NCBI GenBank assembly: GCA_024742305.1
Contig: JANSYQ010000006.1
Coordinates: forward strand, 65,240-129,239
Source: a bacterium
GTDB taxonomy: Bacteria > Bacteroidota > Bacteroidia > Flavobacteriales_D > Crocinitomicaceae
Length of the DNA: 64,000 bases
Reading direction: 5' to 3'
Of the stretch, positions 8,863 through 17,719 are shown piece after piece. The notes under the pieces were generated by a model. It was not told the origin of the DNA, ran no database searches, and worked only from the letters and a program-made list of their open reading frames with translations. The translations under genes were made by a program, and so were the position numbers. Positions within the stretch are counted from its first letter, which is position 1; each line of letters starts with the position of its first letter.

Positions 8863-9429
8863 TTAGCTTCTAGATGGGAAGATCCCAACCATAGCGATAC
8901 TCACATAAATTCCCAAGAAAGGGTTTCTGATGTTCATAGGAATGCTTCCTCCTGTAGCATTCGTTGTTCCTGAAATTTGAACACCTCCTAGATAATCTCC
9001 AGCTGTTGGGTTTTCACGGTAGATATCTGGCATAGTCCCAGCAGTACCCAATGAGTTATTTCCGTTATCTGTTTCTGCAATAGCATCTCCATTATCTGTA
9101 GTGAAAACTCTCACATTTGCCATTCCATTCGTAAGAAGGTGGCTGTGATTTGGCATGTGCGAAGTTGTGATATTTGCTTCATAATATCCACCTCTTTCAC
9201 CCCATGAAATGTGATCAAGTCCCGGTCCGCTACCAACATGTACAATGCTGCGTCCTCTTAAATCTGGCAATGCGAAAGTTGTTCTTCCATCTCCTCCGTA
9301 AGTTGTTCCTAACAAAGAAAACAACGCCGTGTTTGCTGCAATAGACAACAATTGTCCATTACATAATGCCCACCCGCGTGGGGCAAAGTTAAATCCGAAT
9401 GGTTGAATTTGTCCTAAAAAAGGTTCCAT
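8863..9429 (-). CDS. phage tail-collar domain protein (MdpB / microcystin-dependent-protein family)
   Basis: Canonical family motifs are present: PFLGQIQPFGFNFAPRGWALCNGQLL, NTALFSLLGTTYGGDGRTTFALPDLRGR, MPNHSH, and the C-terminal ..GIFPSRS. There is no signal peptide. Confidence 0.88.
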   Translation of the reverse strand: MEPFLGQIQPFGFNFAPRGWALCNGQLLSIAANTALFSLLGTTYGGDGRTTFALPDLRGRSIVHVGSGPGLDHISWGERGGYYEANITTSHMPNHSHLLTNGMANVRVFTTDNGDAIAETDNGNNSLGTAGTMPDIYRENPTAGDYLGGVQISGTTNATGGSIPMNIRNPFLGIYVSIAMVGIFPSRS

Positions 9430-9445
9430 AATGAATAGTTTTTAC

Positions 9446-9461
9446 GTGTATTTAAATACAC
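9446..9461. promoter_or_regulatory. perfect 16-bp palindrome GTGTATTTAAATACAC just upstream of the collar gene start (candidate operator)
   Basis: GTGTATTT/AAATACAC is exactly self-complementary. Its near edge is 17 nt from the ATG at 9429. Confidence 0.3.
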
Positions 9462-9882
9462 TCAGTTAATAAATGCGCTCTTTCGAGCTTTTGTTCGCAA
9501 CACAAACATTGTGTCAACTCGTTTCTTGTCCTTCAAAAGAACAAACTATTTCTTCGCTCGCTTTATACAAAAACCTTATACAGGAATTAACCATGATTCT
9601 TCCACCTTTTTAGCGTAATCCATTGACCAAATAATCTTCATTATTTGATACAAACCTTTCAAGTTTGATGCTCGGAAAACCGTTTGGATACGTTTCAGAT
9701 AAGGGGATCAGGGGGGAAGCCTGTAGCATTGCTAGTGTTTCAGTGAGTAATTTTCTTCAATGATTCAAAAATCGACCTCAATATATGAGATTATTTTGAA
9801 TAAGCGTTAACGGAATCGTCTTAATTTCTAACCAATTTACATCACTCCCAGAAATTATGTCATGAAGCCAGAAAATGATGCA

Positions 9883-11169
9883 TTATTGTTCTTTAACGAA
9901 CACTGCCTGATACTTGGTACCATCCCCTGTCTCCGCAAGAATAGTATAGACGCCGTAAGAAAGTTGAGAAATATCTAAACTTTGACTGTTTCTTTCAAAG
10001 ACGATTTCAACTCCTCTTGATGTAGCGTCAAAAATACGAACACTTTCAATGGTCTTATCAGCTTTCACGCTTAGGGAACTTCCAATAGCCGGGTTTGGAA
10101 ACAATGTCAAATCCTGATTCATTTCCTCTGTTATGTATACGGATCGGATAGGGCTCGCTTCGGATGCGCCATCCCAATCTTTTTGAATCAATTGATAGTA
10201 ATGGTATCCAGAATGAACACTTCTATCCGTGAAACGATATTCCGAACGCGATTGAGTAGTCCCCATACCGTCTACGAAAGCAATTGATGCCCAGTTCTCA
10301 CCATCCAAACTGTGCATGATATGAAATCCAAGGTTGTTCAATTCTGTTTCTGTAGTCCACATCAGATCTACGTCATTATGCTCACTCTTTGCTTCAAAAG
10401 CACTCAATTCTACTGGAAGCCCGGAACACGTAACGGAAGTGGTGAAGCTTGCAGGAGAAATGTTATAGGCCGTGGAATTGTCCGTAGACCAGTTTGTTCT
10501 ATCATTGATTAATGCGCGCAAACCTCCAGAGGTTCCCGTAAGAGTTCCATTGTATCGCGCATTGTCTAGTTCTGTGCCAATTGCTGGAAACAACGATACA
10601 CAATCAGTTCCATTTGTAAGTCCCGTTGGTAGATTTGAACGCGCTGATCCCAAGGGGGTTGCCGCATTATTGTTCCATCCGGTAGTCGCATCCAATGATA
10701 GAGGTGTTCCATTACCATCGTCTCCATGAACTCCGGAAATAAATGTTGGAACCGTTGCTGGTTCAGGAGTAGCGGCTTGATACGCTAATACTTGGTCTCC
10801 TGCTGAAAGTGACCATCCTCCAGTGCTTAAAGCAATTGATCCACTTCCATCTACGGACAACACATCGGTTGCTGATTCAAAAATCCTTACTACTGTCCCA
10901 CATGACAAACCTCCTGCTGGTGCAGTATACGTAGCATGACCTTCTGTTGTACCGACCCAACTCATAGTTACTGAATTCCAACCTTCTTCCGTGAAATAAA
11001 TTACTTCTCCGGCGGGAATGTCAGTTAATGCGATAAATGCAAAATCATCAACACCGTCTGTATTGTAACCTATAAAAGCTATATCGCCTGGGCTTAACTG
11101 TGCGCTAACAGAGAATGTCGAAAATGTACAAACAATTAAAAGAGAAGAAAGAAGTTTCATAAGCATCAT
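9883..11169 (-). CDS. T9SS-secreted protein (428 aa) with the same N-terminal head domain as the giant adhesin, an Ig-like middle domain and a type-A T9SS C-terminal domain
   Basis: Signal peptide MMLMKLLSSLLIVCTFSTFSVSA. Residues ~24-248 align with adhesin residues ~23-249. The middle segment is LPVELSAFEAKSEHNDVDLMWTT... The C-terminus is LTLFPNPAIGSSLSVKADK..GVYTILAETGDGTKYQAVFVKEQ. Confidence 0.88.
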   Translation of the reverse strand: MMLMKLLSSLLIVCTFSTFSVSAQLSPGDIAFIGYNTDGVDDFAFIALTDIPAGEVIYFTEEGWNSVTMSWVGTTEGHATYTAPAGGLSCGTVVRIFESATDVLSVDGSGSIALSTGGWSLSAGDQVLAYQAATPEPATVPTFISGVHGDDGNGTPLSLDATTGWNNNAATPLGSARSNLPTGLTNGTDCVSLFPAIGTELDNARYNGTLTGTSGGLRALINDRTNWSTDNSTAYNISPASFTTSVTCSGLPVELSAFEAKSEHNDVDLMWTTETELNNLGFHIMHSLDGENWASIAFVDGMGTTQSRSEYRFTDRSVHSGYHYYQLIQKDWDGASEASPIRSVYITEEMNQDLTLFPNPAIGSSLSVKADKTIESVRIFDATSRGVEIVFERNSQSLDISQLSYGVYTILAETGDGTKYQAVFVKEQ

Positions 11170-11235
11170 TTAATAGCCGTTTCTCACATCCCTAACAATT
11201 TGGCTCATAGAATTTTTCAGGGCTTAGGGTTGAAC

Positions 11236-11268
11236 CAAATGTAAGACAATTTCAATGAGACGGACAAA
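11236..11268 (-). promoter_or_regulatory. candidate Bacteroidota sigma-A promoter for the 428-aa T9SS gene
   Basis: On the minus strand: TTTG (11268-11265), a 21-nt spacer, then TACATTTG (11243-11236). This matches the TTTG / TAnnTTTG consensus and lies ~67 nt upstream of the ATG. Confidence 0.35.
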
Positions 11269-11358
11269 GAAAAGATTGAATATTTGACCATTTTCATTGA
11301 TTATATAAGTAGTTCTACTTAATATTTATACATTCTTGACACTCCCATTGATCTGAAG

Positions 11359-12324
11359 TCAGTCCAATTCCTTCTGAACTAAATGAGATGCATAGCTATT
11401 CAGCCGGGCATGTTTGGGTGACCACCCCTTCAGAAACCTGACAAAATCAGCCCATGCGACAGCGTAAAGAGCCGTCCATTCTTCTTTTAATGCTTCGAAA
11501 TCGACACTATCTCTGTTCCACTCTTTCAGTGACTTTTGAAGCTGATTAAAATAGTTGCTCAAAATCGCTTTATCCTCTCGCAGTAATTCATCTTCGGTTT
11601 TAGCACTACTCATTAAATAAATAACATCTTTCATTCCACAGCCGCGTCCCACATATTGAAAATCTACTGCTGCTACTCGATTAAAATCCTCTGAAAAACA
11701 AAAATTCGCAGGCTTCGCATCTCCATGAACCAAGGTTTGATACTTGCAATCATTTAGTTGCTTATCAAAATGAGGCGCCTTATCTTTTAGCTTACCCGAT
11801 TCCATATCATTCCATTCATCTTGACGTGTACCTAAATGCCAATACGTACCAATTTCCCATAGTCCGATGGGATGTACTTTTAAATGAAAAGCGTGAAAGT
11901 TGGCCAGCCATTCAAGACACAGATCGAAACAGTTTTTATTGGACCTATATGACTGACTGAAACCTGAACTTTGGAGATCCTCCATTCCGAGAACATTCTC
12001 TACTTCCCCTTCCAAACTGAAGAGGTATTTCGGAACTCTTATGCTTTCCGGTAGTTTGTTCACATAGTTTTCATACCAATAGCGCTCTATCTTGTAGGAC
12101 TTCAACTTACGCTGTGCCGATGCATCAGTGTTCCAACCTCTAGGATGATTCATCTTGGTAGGAGGAGCAATCCGTTTGATAATAATTGACTCTTGTCGAT
12201 AAGATTTCAACCAAACACGCTCTAATCGCCCGAAGTCACTCCAAAGCGATTGCACCAACTCCACTTTTTGGATGGATGAGGCTTGCGTACATTGAAGGAT
12301 TTTTCTCTCTAAATCTAATTGCAT
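11359..12324 (-). CDS. APH/choline-kinase/EcKL-fold phosphotransferase of unknown substrate
   Basis: Catalytic-loop motif LVHGDAKPANFCF and metal-binding AAVDFQYVGRG are typical of the aminoglycoside/choline kinase fold. 321 aa. Confidence 0.7.
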   Translation of the reverse strand: MQLDLERKILQCTQASSIQKVELVQSLWSDFGRLERVWLKSYRQESIIIKRIAPPTKMNHPRGWNTDASAQRKLKSYKIERYWYENYVNKLPESIRVPKYLFSLEGEVENVLGMEDLQSSGFSQSYRSNKNCFDLCLEWLANFHAFHLKVHPIGLWEIGTYWHLGTRQDEWNDMESGKLKDKAPHFDKQLNDCKYQTLVHGDAKPANFCFSEDFNRVAAVDFQYVGRGCGMKDVIYLMSSAKTEDELLREDKAILSNYFNQLQKSLKEWNRDSVDFEALKEEWTALYAVAWADFVRFLKGWSPKHARLNSYASHLVQKELD

Positions 12325-12410
12325 CTAATAAAGATAAAATGTGAGGTGCATTTCGAGACTTCAGTTAGAATAAGTACACTTCAGCTCCGCTCTGTGTACT
12401 TGAAGCTAAC

Positions 12411-12438
12411 AAAAAAAGGGAACCGATTGGCTCCCTTT
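12411..12438 (-). terminator. intrinsic terminator after ahcY
   Basis: Minus strand has AAGGGAGCC-AATC-GGTTCCCTT (one mismatch) followed by a T run (7 T). It lies 20 nt downstream of the stop at 12458-12460. Confidence 0.6.
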
Positions 12439-12457
12439 CTTGAATTGAAAATATATT

Positions 12458-13768
12458 CTAGTAACGGTAGTGTTCCGGCTTGTACGGTCCTTCTACTGTT
12501 ACACCGATGTATTCTGCTTGCTCTGGACGCAATTCTGTCAACTCTACACCAATTTTTGCCAAGTGAAGTGCTGCTACTTTTTCATCCAAATGCTTTGGAA
12601 GCATGTATACTTCGTTGTCGTACTTGTCTGCGTTGGTCCATAATTCGATTTGAGCCAACGTTTGGTTTGTGAATGAATTCGACATTACGAAAGATGGGTG
12701 TCCTGTTGCACATCCCAAGTTTACCAAACGTCCTTCTGCCAAAACGATGATATCATTTCCGTTGATTGTGTACATATCCACTTGCGGCTTGATTTCCGTT
12801 TTTGAAGCTCCGTGTGTTGAGTTCAACCATGCCATATCAATTTCGTTATCGAAGTGTCCAATGTTACAAACAATTGTTTTGTCTTTCATTGCTTCGAAGT
12901 GGCGACCTTGAATGATGTCTTTGTTTCCTGTCGTAGTTACAACGATATCCACGTTGTTTACCACAGACTCCAAACGCTTTACTTCGAATCCGTCCATTGC
13001 AGCTTGCAAGGCACAAATTGGATCGATTTCAGTAACGATTACACGAGCTCCTGCTCCGCGCAATGACGCTGCCGAACCTTTTCCTACATCTCCGTAACCA
13101 CAGACAACAGCTACTTTTCCTGCCATCATGGTATCCGTAGCACGACGAATCGCATCTACCAATGACTCTTTACATCCGTATTTGTTATCAAATTTTGATT
13201 TCGTCACGGAGTCGTTTACGTTGATTGCAGGCATTACCAAAGTTCCGTTTTTCATACGCTCGTACAAACGGTGAACACCTGTTGTAGTTTCTTCAGAAAG
13301 TCCTTTGATGTCTTTGGTCAATTCTGGGTAACGATCAAACACCATGTTTGTCAAGTCACCACCATCGTCCAAAATCATGTTCAACGGTTTTCCATCTTCG
13401 AAGGCAAACAATGTCTGCTCGATACACCAATCGAACTCTTCTTCGTTCATTCCTTTCCACGCGTAAACTGGAATCCCAGCCGCTGCGATTGCTGCTGCTG
13501 CGTGATCTTGTGTAGAGAAAATGTTACAAGACGACCAAGTTACATCTGCTCCAAGTTCTACCAATGTTTCAATCAAAACCGCCGTTTGAATAGTCATGTG
13601 CAAACACCCTGCGATGCGTGCACCTTTCAATGGCTTGCTTTCTCCATACTCCTCACGAAGAGACATCAATCCTGGCATTTCTGCTTCTGCCAAGCGAATC
13701 TCTTTTCGTCCCCATTCTGCAAGACTAATGTCTTTTACTTTGTAAGCTAAACGTTCTGTTGTGCTCAT
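12458..13768 (-). CDS. ahcY: adenosylhomocysteinase (S-adenosyl-L-homocysteine hydrolase)
   Basis: 436 aa. Family-typical N-terminus [30 protein letters not shown]-binding [10 protein letters not shown], and C-terminal ..YKPEHYRY. Confidence 0.97.
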   Translation of the reverse strand: MSTTERLAYKVKDISLAEWGRKEIRLAEAEMPGLMSLREEYGESKPLKGARIAGCLHMTIQTAVLIETLVELGADVTWSSCNIFSTQDHAAAAIAAAGIPVYAWKGMNEEEFDWCIEQTLFAFEDGKPLNMILDDGGDLTNMVFDRYPELTKDIKGLSEETTTGVHRLYERMKNGTLVMPAINVNDSVTKSKFDNKYGCKESLVDAIRRATDTMMAGKVAVVCGYGDVGKGSAASLRGAGARVIVTEIDPICALQAAMDGFEVKRLESVVNNVDIVVTTTGNKDIIQGRHFEAMKDKTIVCNIGHFDNEIDMAWLNSTHGASKTEIKPQVDMYTINGNDIIVLAEGRLVNLGCATGHPSFVMSNSFTNQTLAQIELWTNADKYDNEVYMLPKHLDEKVAALHLAKIGVELTELRPEQAEYIGVTVEGPYKPEHYRY

Positions 13769-13800
13769 ATTGTTTTTTGTGTATTTCTAAAATTGAAATG

Positions 13801-13808
13801 CAAAGATA
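13801..13808 (-). promoter_or_regulatory. candidate -7 box TATCTTTG upstream of ahcY
   Basis: The minus strand octamer matches TAnnTTTG and ends 32 nt before the ATG. No clean -33 TTTG is seen. Confidence 0.25.
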
Positions 13809-13942
13809 CGAAGTTCCTGAGTAATAACGAAAAAAGCGAATCGATTTACTGATTACAGCTAGTACTTGAGGATTACTTGACCATTTGACTATTCGACGCT
13901 TCGAAAAGCCAAAAAGTCTAATTGTCCAAGTTGTCTTATGCA

Positions 13943-14974
13943 TCAAGATGTCAATCGATCTCGTATCAATTCTTCTAAACCGTCAATGAATCTGTTGTGA
14001 TCGTTGGAGCTTGGAACCAATTGGACTTTCTCCCCTCCCTTTTCTTCGAACAATTCTTGATATTCGTCTCCAATTTCAATTACCGTTTCTAGGCAATCCG
14101 CAACGAAGGCCGGGCTGAAAGCAAGAATTTTCTTCGCTCCTTTTTCTCCTTGCTCCTCTACCACTTTATCTGCAAACGGAGTTAACCATTTTTTATCCAA
14201 GCGGGATTGGAAACAAACAGTGTATCGATCTTCCGAAATGTTCAGCTTGGAGGCTATCAATCGTGTGGTCGCGTAGCATGTTGCTTTATAACAGAACTTG
14301 TTCTTATCGTTGATTTCTGTTTCACACGGTTGATCGGAACACAGATCGGAACCTTCGTACACTTTATCTACATGTCGATCCGGCAAACCGTGGTAGGAGA
14401 ACATTATGTGATCGTAGTCTTCCAAGTTAAATTCCTTGGCACGTTCCACGATAGAGTCAATGTATCCTTCGTTATCCCAAAATTGATTGATCATGGAGAT
14501 TTCAGGGACCACCCACCACTTGCGCATAATTTTCATCGCAAGATCAATGGCTGAACCGGTAGTTGCACTAGCATACTGAGGGAACAATGGAAGCACAACA
14601 ATGTGATCGTAGTTCTCTTCGCGCATTTTCTCCATGACATCGTACATGGATGGATTTTGATAACGCATCGCGTAGTGGATGGTCACCTCATCGTTTGTAA
14701 AGCGCTCTTGCAACTTGGCAACAGTATTCTCCGTGTGTAAGGTCAACGGTGAAACGCCATTGTACATCTCAAAAAGTTCTTTGTAAACCTTTGCCGACTT
14801 TGGTGCTCGAAAAGGGACGATAATTCCGTTTACTAATATTTTTCGTCCCAACCATGGTAAGTCAATAACCCGCGGATCGTTCAGGAATTCTGATAAATAA
14901 CGACGCACATCGTTTGTTTTTGGACTGTCCGGCGTCCCCAACTGCACTAATAATACTCCTACTCTTCTCATCAT
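13943..14974 (-). CDS. hemH: ferrochelatase
   Basis: VGVLLVQLGTPDSP.., ..VLPLFPQYASATTGS.., ..MFSYHGLP.. are ferrochelatase hallmarks. The start is moved to ATG 14974, which forms an ATGA overlap with the upstream gene stop. The track ORF extends to 14995. Confidence 0.93.
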   Translation of the reverse strand: MMRRVGVLLVQLGTPDSPKTNDVRRYLSEFLNDPRVIDLPWLGRKILVNGIIVPFRAPKSAKVYKELFEMYNGVSPLTLHTENTVAKLQERFTNDEVTIHYAMRYQNPSMYDVMEKMREENYDHIVVLPLFPQYASATTGSAIDLAMKIMRKWWVVPEISMINQFWDNEGYIDSIVERAKEFNLEDYDHIMFSYHGLPDRHVDKVYEGSDLCSDQPCETEINDKNKFCYKATCYATTRLIASKLNISEDRYTVCFQSRLDKKWLTPFADKVVEEQGEKGAKKILAFSPAFVADCLETVIEIGDEYQELFEEKGGEKVQLVPSSNDHNRFIDGLEELIRDRLTS

Positions 14975-15828
14975 ACAAACAACTTTTCGCGCCAATCAAT
15001 GGCTTCCTCTTCTTGCAACAAATTTAGCTTCAATAAATAAGATATCGTCTTTTCAAATGCCAAAGGATATCCAATTCCATCGTAATTCCATTCTGTTTCT
15101 TGCAACCAATTCTCTACTTGACCGTGACGCAAATTGTATCTCCAGCAGATTAAATCAACAACGTCTTCATTACTTTTTAAGATACGTGCGCGTTCGTTCA
15201 CAATGGTGCAAATAATGTCTAATTCATCGAGATATTTATCGGCAATTTCTTTTCGAGCTGCGATGACAAAACAGGGCCAAGGCGTAACTACCTCATCGAT
15301 GTAACGACATTTTTTCTGTTCTGTGTAAGGATGCGTAGTGTATTTTTCCCACAGAAATGCTTGCGCCTCATCATTTTGAAGCGCCCATAACCCACCGTAA
15401 ACATCTCCAATAATATTGAACTTCAATTGGGAGGTATCCCATCCTTCTTGATTTGCTTTAACGTAAGACATTAAATGTGAACCGGATCCTTCGCGAGAAA
15501 TAGCGAAGGTTTGATTTTCCAATTGGTCAACAGACGTAATTTGACTGTGATACGGAACGTGAATTCCCCAATGCAAGGGCGTGGTAACATACACTTGAAT
15601 AATGCGCGCATCGAGTCCTTGCAATATAGCTTTTGTTATTCCCTCGGTAAGCAACACAGCGATGTCCAAGGAACCTGTTTCCAAGCCTCGAATCATTTGT
15701 CCTGTTCCTCCGCCCATATCACTCCAGTGCAATTGAATGCCTTTCTCTCGAAATCGCCCTTCTTCAATGGCCATTCGCCAAGGCAAATTAAAATGTTCCG
15801 GAACTCCGCCTATCTTAAACCCTTTCAT
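14971..15828 (-). CDS. signal-peptide-less type-2 solute-binding-fold protein (NMT1/THI5/SsuA-like)
   Basis: 285 aa starting MKGFKIGGVPEHFNLPW.. with no leader. It has ATGA start/stop overlaps with both neighbours (15825-15828 and 14971-14974). Family assignment is tentative. Confidence 0.55.
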   Translation of the reverse strand: MKGFKIGGVPEHFNLPWRMAIEEGRFREKGIQLHWSDMGGGTGQMIRGLETGSLDIAVLLTEGITKAILQGLDARIIQVYVTTPLHWGIHVPYHSQITSVDQLENQTFAISREGSGSHLMSYVKANQEGWDTSQLKFNIIGDVYGGLWALQNDEAQAFLWEKYTTHPYTEQKKCRYIDEVVTPWPCFVIAARKEIADKYLDELDIICTIVNERARILKSNEDVVDLICWRYNLRHGQVENWLQETEWNYDGIGYPLAFEKTISYLLKLNLLQEEEAIDWREKLFV

Positions 15829-17606
15829 TTCTTTGTACTGTCGTGCATTTCTGAAAACTGTAAATCGTACAATCTTCTGTAATATCCTTTTTCCGCCAAC
15901 AATTCCTGATGATCGCCGACCTCAACAATTTTTCCTTTGTCTAAAACAACAATTTTATCAGCATTCTGAATGGTTGACAATCGGTGGGCGATTACCATAG
16001 ACGTGCGTCCTTTGGTAATTTTATCCGTCGCTTCTTGTATCAACAATTCAGATTCCATATCCACACTAGAGGTCGCCTCATCGAGAATTAAAATACTTGG
16101 ATTGTAGACATACGCGCGGATGAACGACAACAACTGTCGCTGCCCAACCGATAAAACGCCTCCTCGCTCTCCTACTTCATAGTCGTAATCACCGGGAAGT
16201 CGGGAAATAAAGTCGTGCGCCCCTACTGCCTTCGCTGCCTCTATTACTTGCTCCCGTGTAATACTTGGATCATTCAGCGTGATGTTGTTGTGAATGGTAT
16301 CCGAGAATAAAAAAACGTCTTGCAGCACGAAGGCTACGTTTCTTCTCAAGTGCGAAAGTTCAATATCGGTGATGGAAGTTTCTCCAAAAGAAATGGTCCC
16401 ACGCTGAAATTCGTAAAAGCGTCCTATCAAGTTAACGATCGAGGTCTTTCCGGCACCGGTCGCCCCAACAAACGCTACTGTGGACCCACTTTTGATATCA
16501 AGGTTGAGATTTTGCAACACCCAATCTTCGTCATCGTAAGCGAAGTAAACATCTTTAAAGTGGATATCCGTACTAAAGTTGACGTCGGTTTCTTTTCCAT
16601 CATTTTGAATATGTTGCTCGCGATCCAACTCATTAAATACACGCTCAGCCCGGACAGTACCGCGTTGCAAGGTATTGAACTTATCCGCTAATTGACGAAT
16701 GGGACGATACAACATGTAAATCCAAAGTACGAAAGCGAATACGGTTCCATTTTGATTTTTCACCTCGCCCAATGTGTGTTCTGCTACATACACACCCGCC
16801 CAAACTAAAAGCAAGGCGATGGAAAGTGTGCTGAGAATCTCCACAATTGGAAAGAAAATGGAATAGGCCCAAATTGCGTTGAAGTGCGCCTGACGGTGCT
16901 TTTTGTTGATTTCAACGAAGTTGTTGTACTCTTGCTTTTGACGATTAAACAACTGTACAATGTTCATCCCTGTCAGCCGCTCGTTGACAAAATTATTCAG
17001 TCGATTTACTTGCTCTCGTTCTTGCTCAAATGATTTACGAACGGCTCTAGCAAAAATGCGCGTTGCAATGATTAAGATGGGAATTGGAAGCAGGGTTAAA
17101 AGTGCCAGCGACCAACTCGTGTAGAACATCATAAAAACAATGATGAACAACATCAACAAATCGCCAATGATGGCCATCATTCCGGCTGAAAAAACATCCG
17201 TAATTGCCTCCAAGTCGGAAACCAACCGTGTGACATGGGTTCCTACCGGAGTTCGATCAAAGTATCGAATATTAAAGGTCATGATATGCTTCATCAATGA
17301 CTTTCGAATGTCACGAATGATGGATTGCGCAAAGAGATTGGAAAAATAACTGGATATGAATTGAAAAATTCCTTCCGCGAGTAGCATCGCTATCACAATC
17401 ATTGTCCAAAACCACAACATTTCGGCATCACCTCCCACCTTGATGTACTCGTCGATCATGTATTTGATTACATACGGACGAGCCGGACCAATAAAGGCAA
17501 GTATTACAGTTGTGGCAACTGCTAGGAAGAACAAAAATTTGTACGTTTTCCAATACGAAAGTAGCCGGATAAATACCCGGGTATTCAACTTGTTCTTCTG
17601 CGCCAT
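15825..17606 (-). CDS. ABC exporter, fused permease/ATPase (MsbA/multidrug type)
   Basis: Six-TM N-terminal half, Walker A GATGAGKTS, signature LSVGQRQ, Walker B ILILDEATS. The start is placed at ATG 17606 (MAQKNKLNTRVF..). The track ORF starts at 17654. Confidence 0.9.
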   Translation of the reverse strand: MAQKNKLNTRVFIRLLSYWKTYKFLFFLAVATTVILAFIGPARPYVIKYMIDEYIKVGGDAEMLWFWTMIVIAMLLAEGIFQFISSYFSNLFAQSIIRDIRKSLMKHIMTFNIRYFDRTPVGTHVTRLVSDLEAITDVFSAGMMAIIGDLLMLFIIVFMMFYTSWSLALLTLLPIPILIIATRIFARAVRKSFEQEREQVNRLNNFVNERLTGMNIVQLFNRQKQEYNNFVEINKKHRQAHFNAIWAYSIFFPIVEILSTLSIALLLVWAGVYVAEHTLGEVKNQNGTVFAFVLWIYMLYRPIRQLADKFNTLQRGTVRAERVFNELDREQHIQNDGKETDVNFSTDIHFKDVYFAYDDEDWVLQNLNLDIKSGSTVAFVGATGAGKTSIVNLIGRFYEFQRGTISFGETSITDIELSHLRRNVAFVLQDVFLFSDTIHNNITLNDPSITREQVIEAAKAVGAHDFISRLPGDYDYEVGERGGVLSVGQRQLLSFIRAYVYNPSILILDEATSSVDMESELLIQEATDKITKGRTSMVIAHRLSTIQNADKIVVLDKGKIVEVGDHQELLAEKGYYRRLYDLQFSEMHDSTKK

Positions 17607-17719
17607 TACTGCAAAGTTAATCCAAAGATTCAAATTGGAATAGTGCCGCCGCAATTGTTGTCTTAAAAATGCGACTTGTCAAAAGAAATTATTGCTGTAC
17701 TTTTATCGGAAATCCTAGT

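Noticed and set aside
8863-9429. Prophage or phage remnant, inferred from the tail-collar gene
   Set aside because: It is a single MdpB-type collar gene with no capsid, portal, terminase, tail tube, baseplate, lysis or integrase genes, and no att-like repeats nearby. This family is widespread as a chromosomal gene.
9430-9882. Housekeeping structured RNA (RNase P RNA, tmRNA, SRP RNA, 6S) in the largest intergenic gap
   Set aside because: No GAGGAAAGUCC-type RNase P core, no tRNA-like acceptor/T-arm end and no SRP domain IV motif were seen on either strand. The region is mostly AT-rich and unstructured apart from two short hairpins.
12319-12672. 117-aa plus-strand ORF spanning the kinase/ahcY junction; similar short ORFs antisense to ahcY, hemH and the ABC exporter
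   Set aside because: They overlap well-supported genes on the opposite strand and cross a terminator. Their composition is not protein-like.
13769-13942. SAH riboswitch upstream of ahcY
   Set aside because: The 174-nt leader is AT-rich and lacks the GC-rich pseudoknotted core typical of SAH elements. A plain TAnnTTTG box 32 nt from the ATG explains the region.
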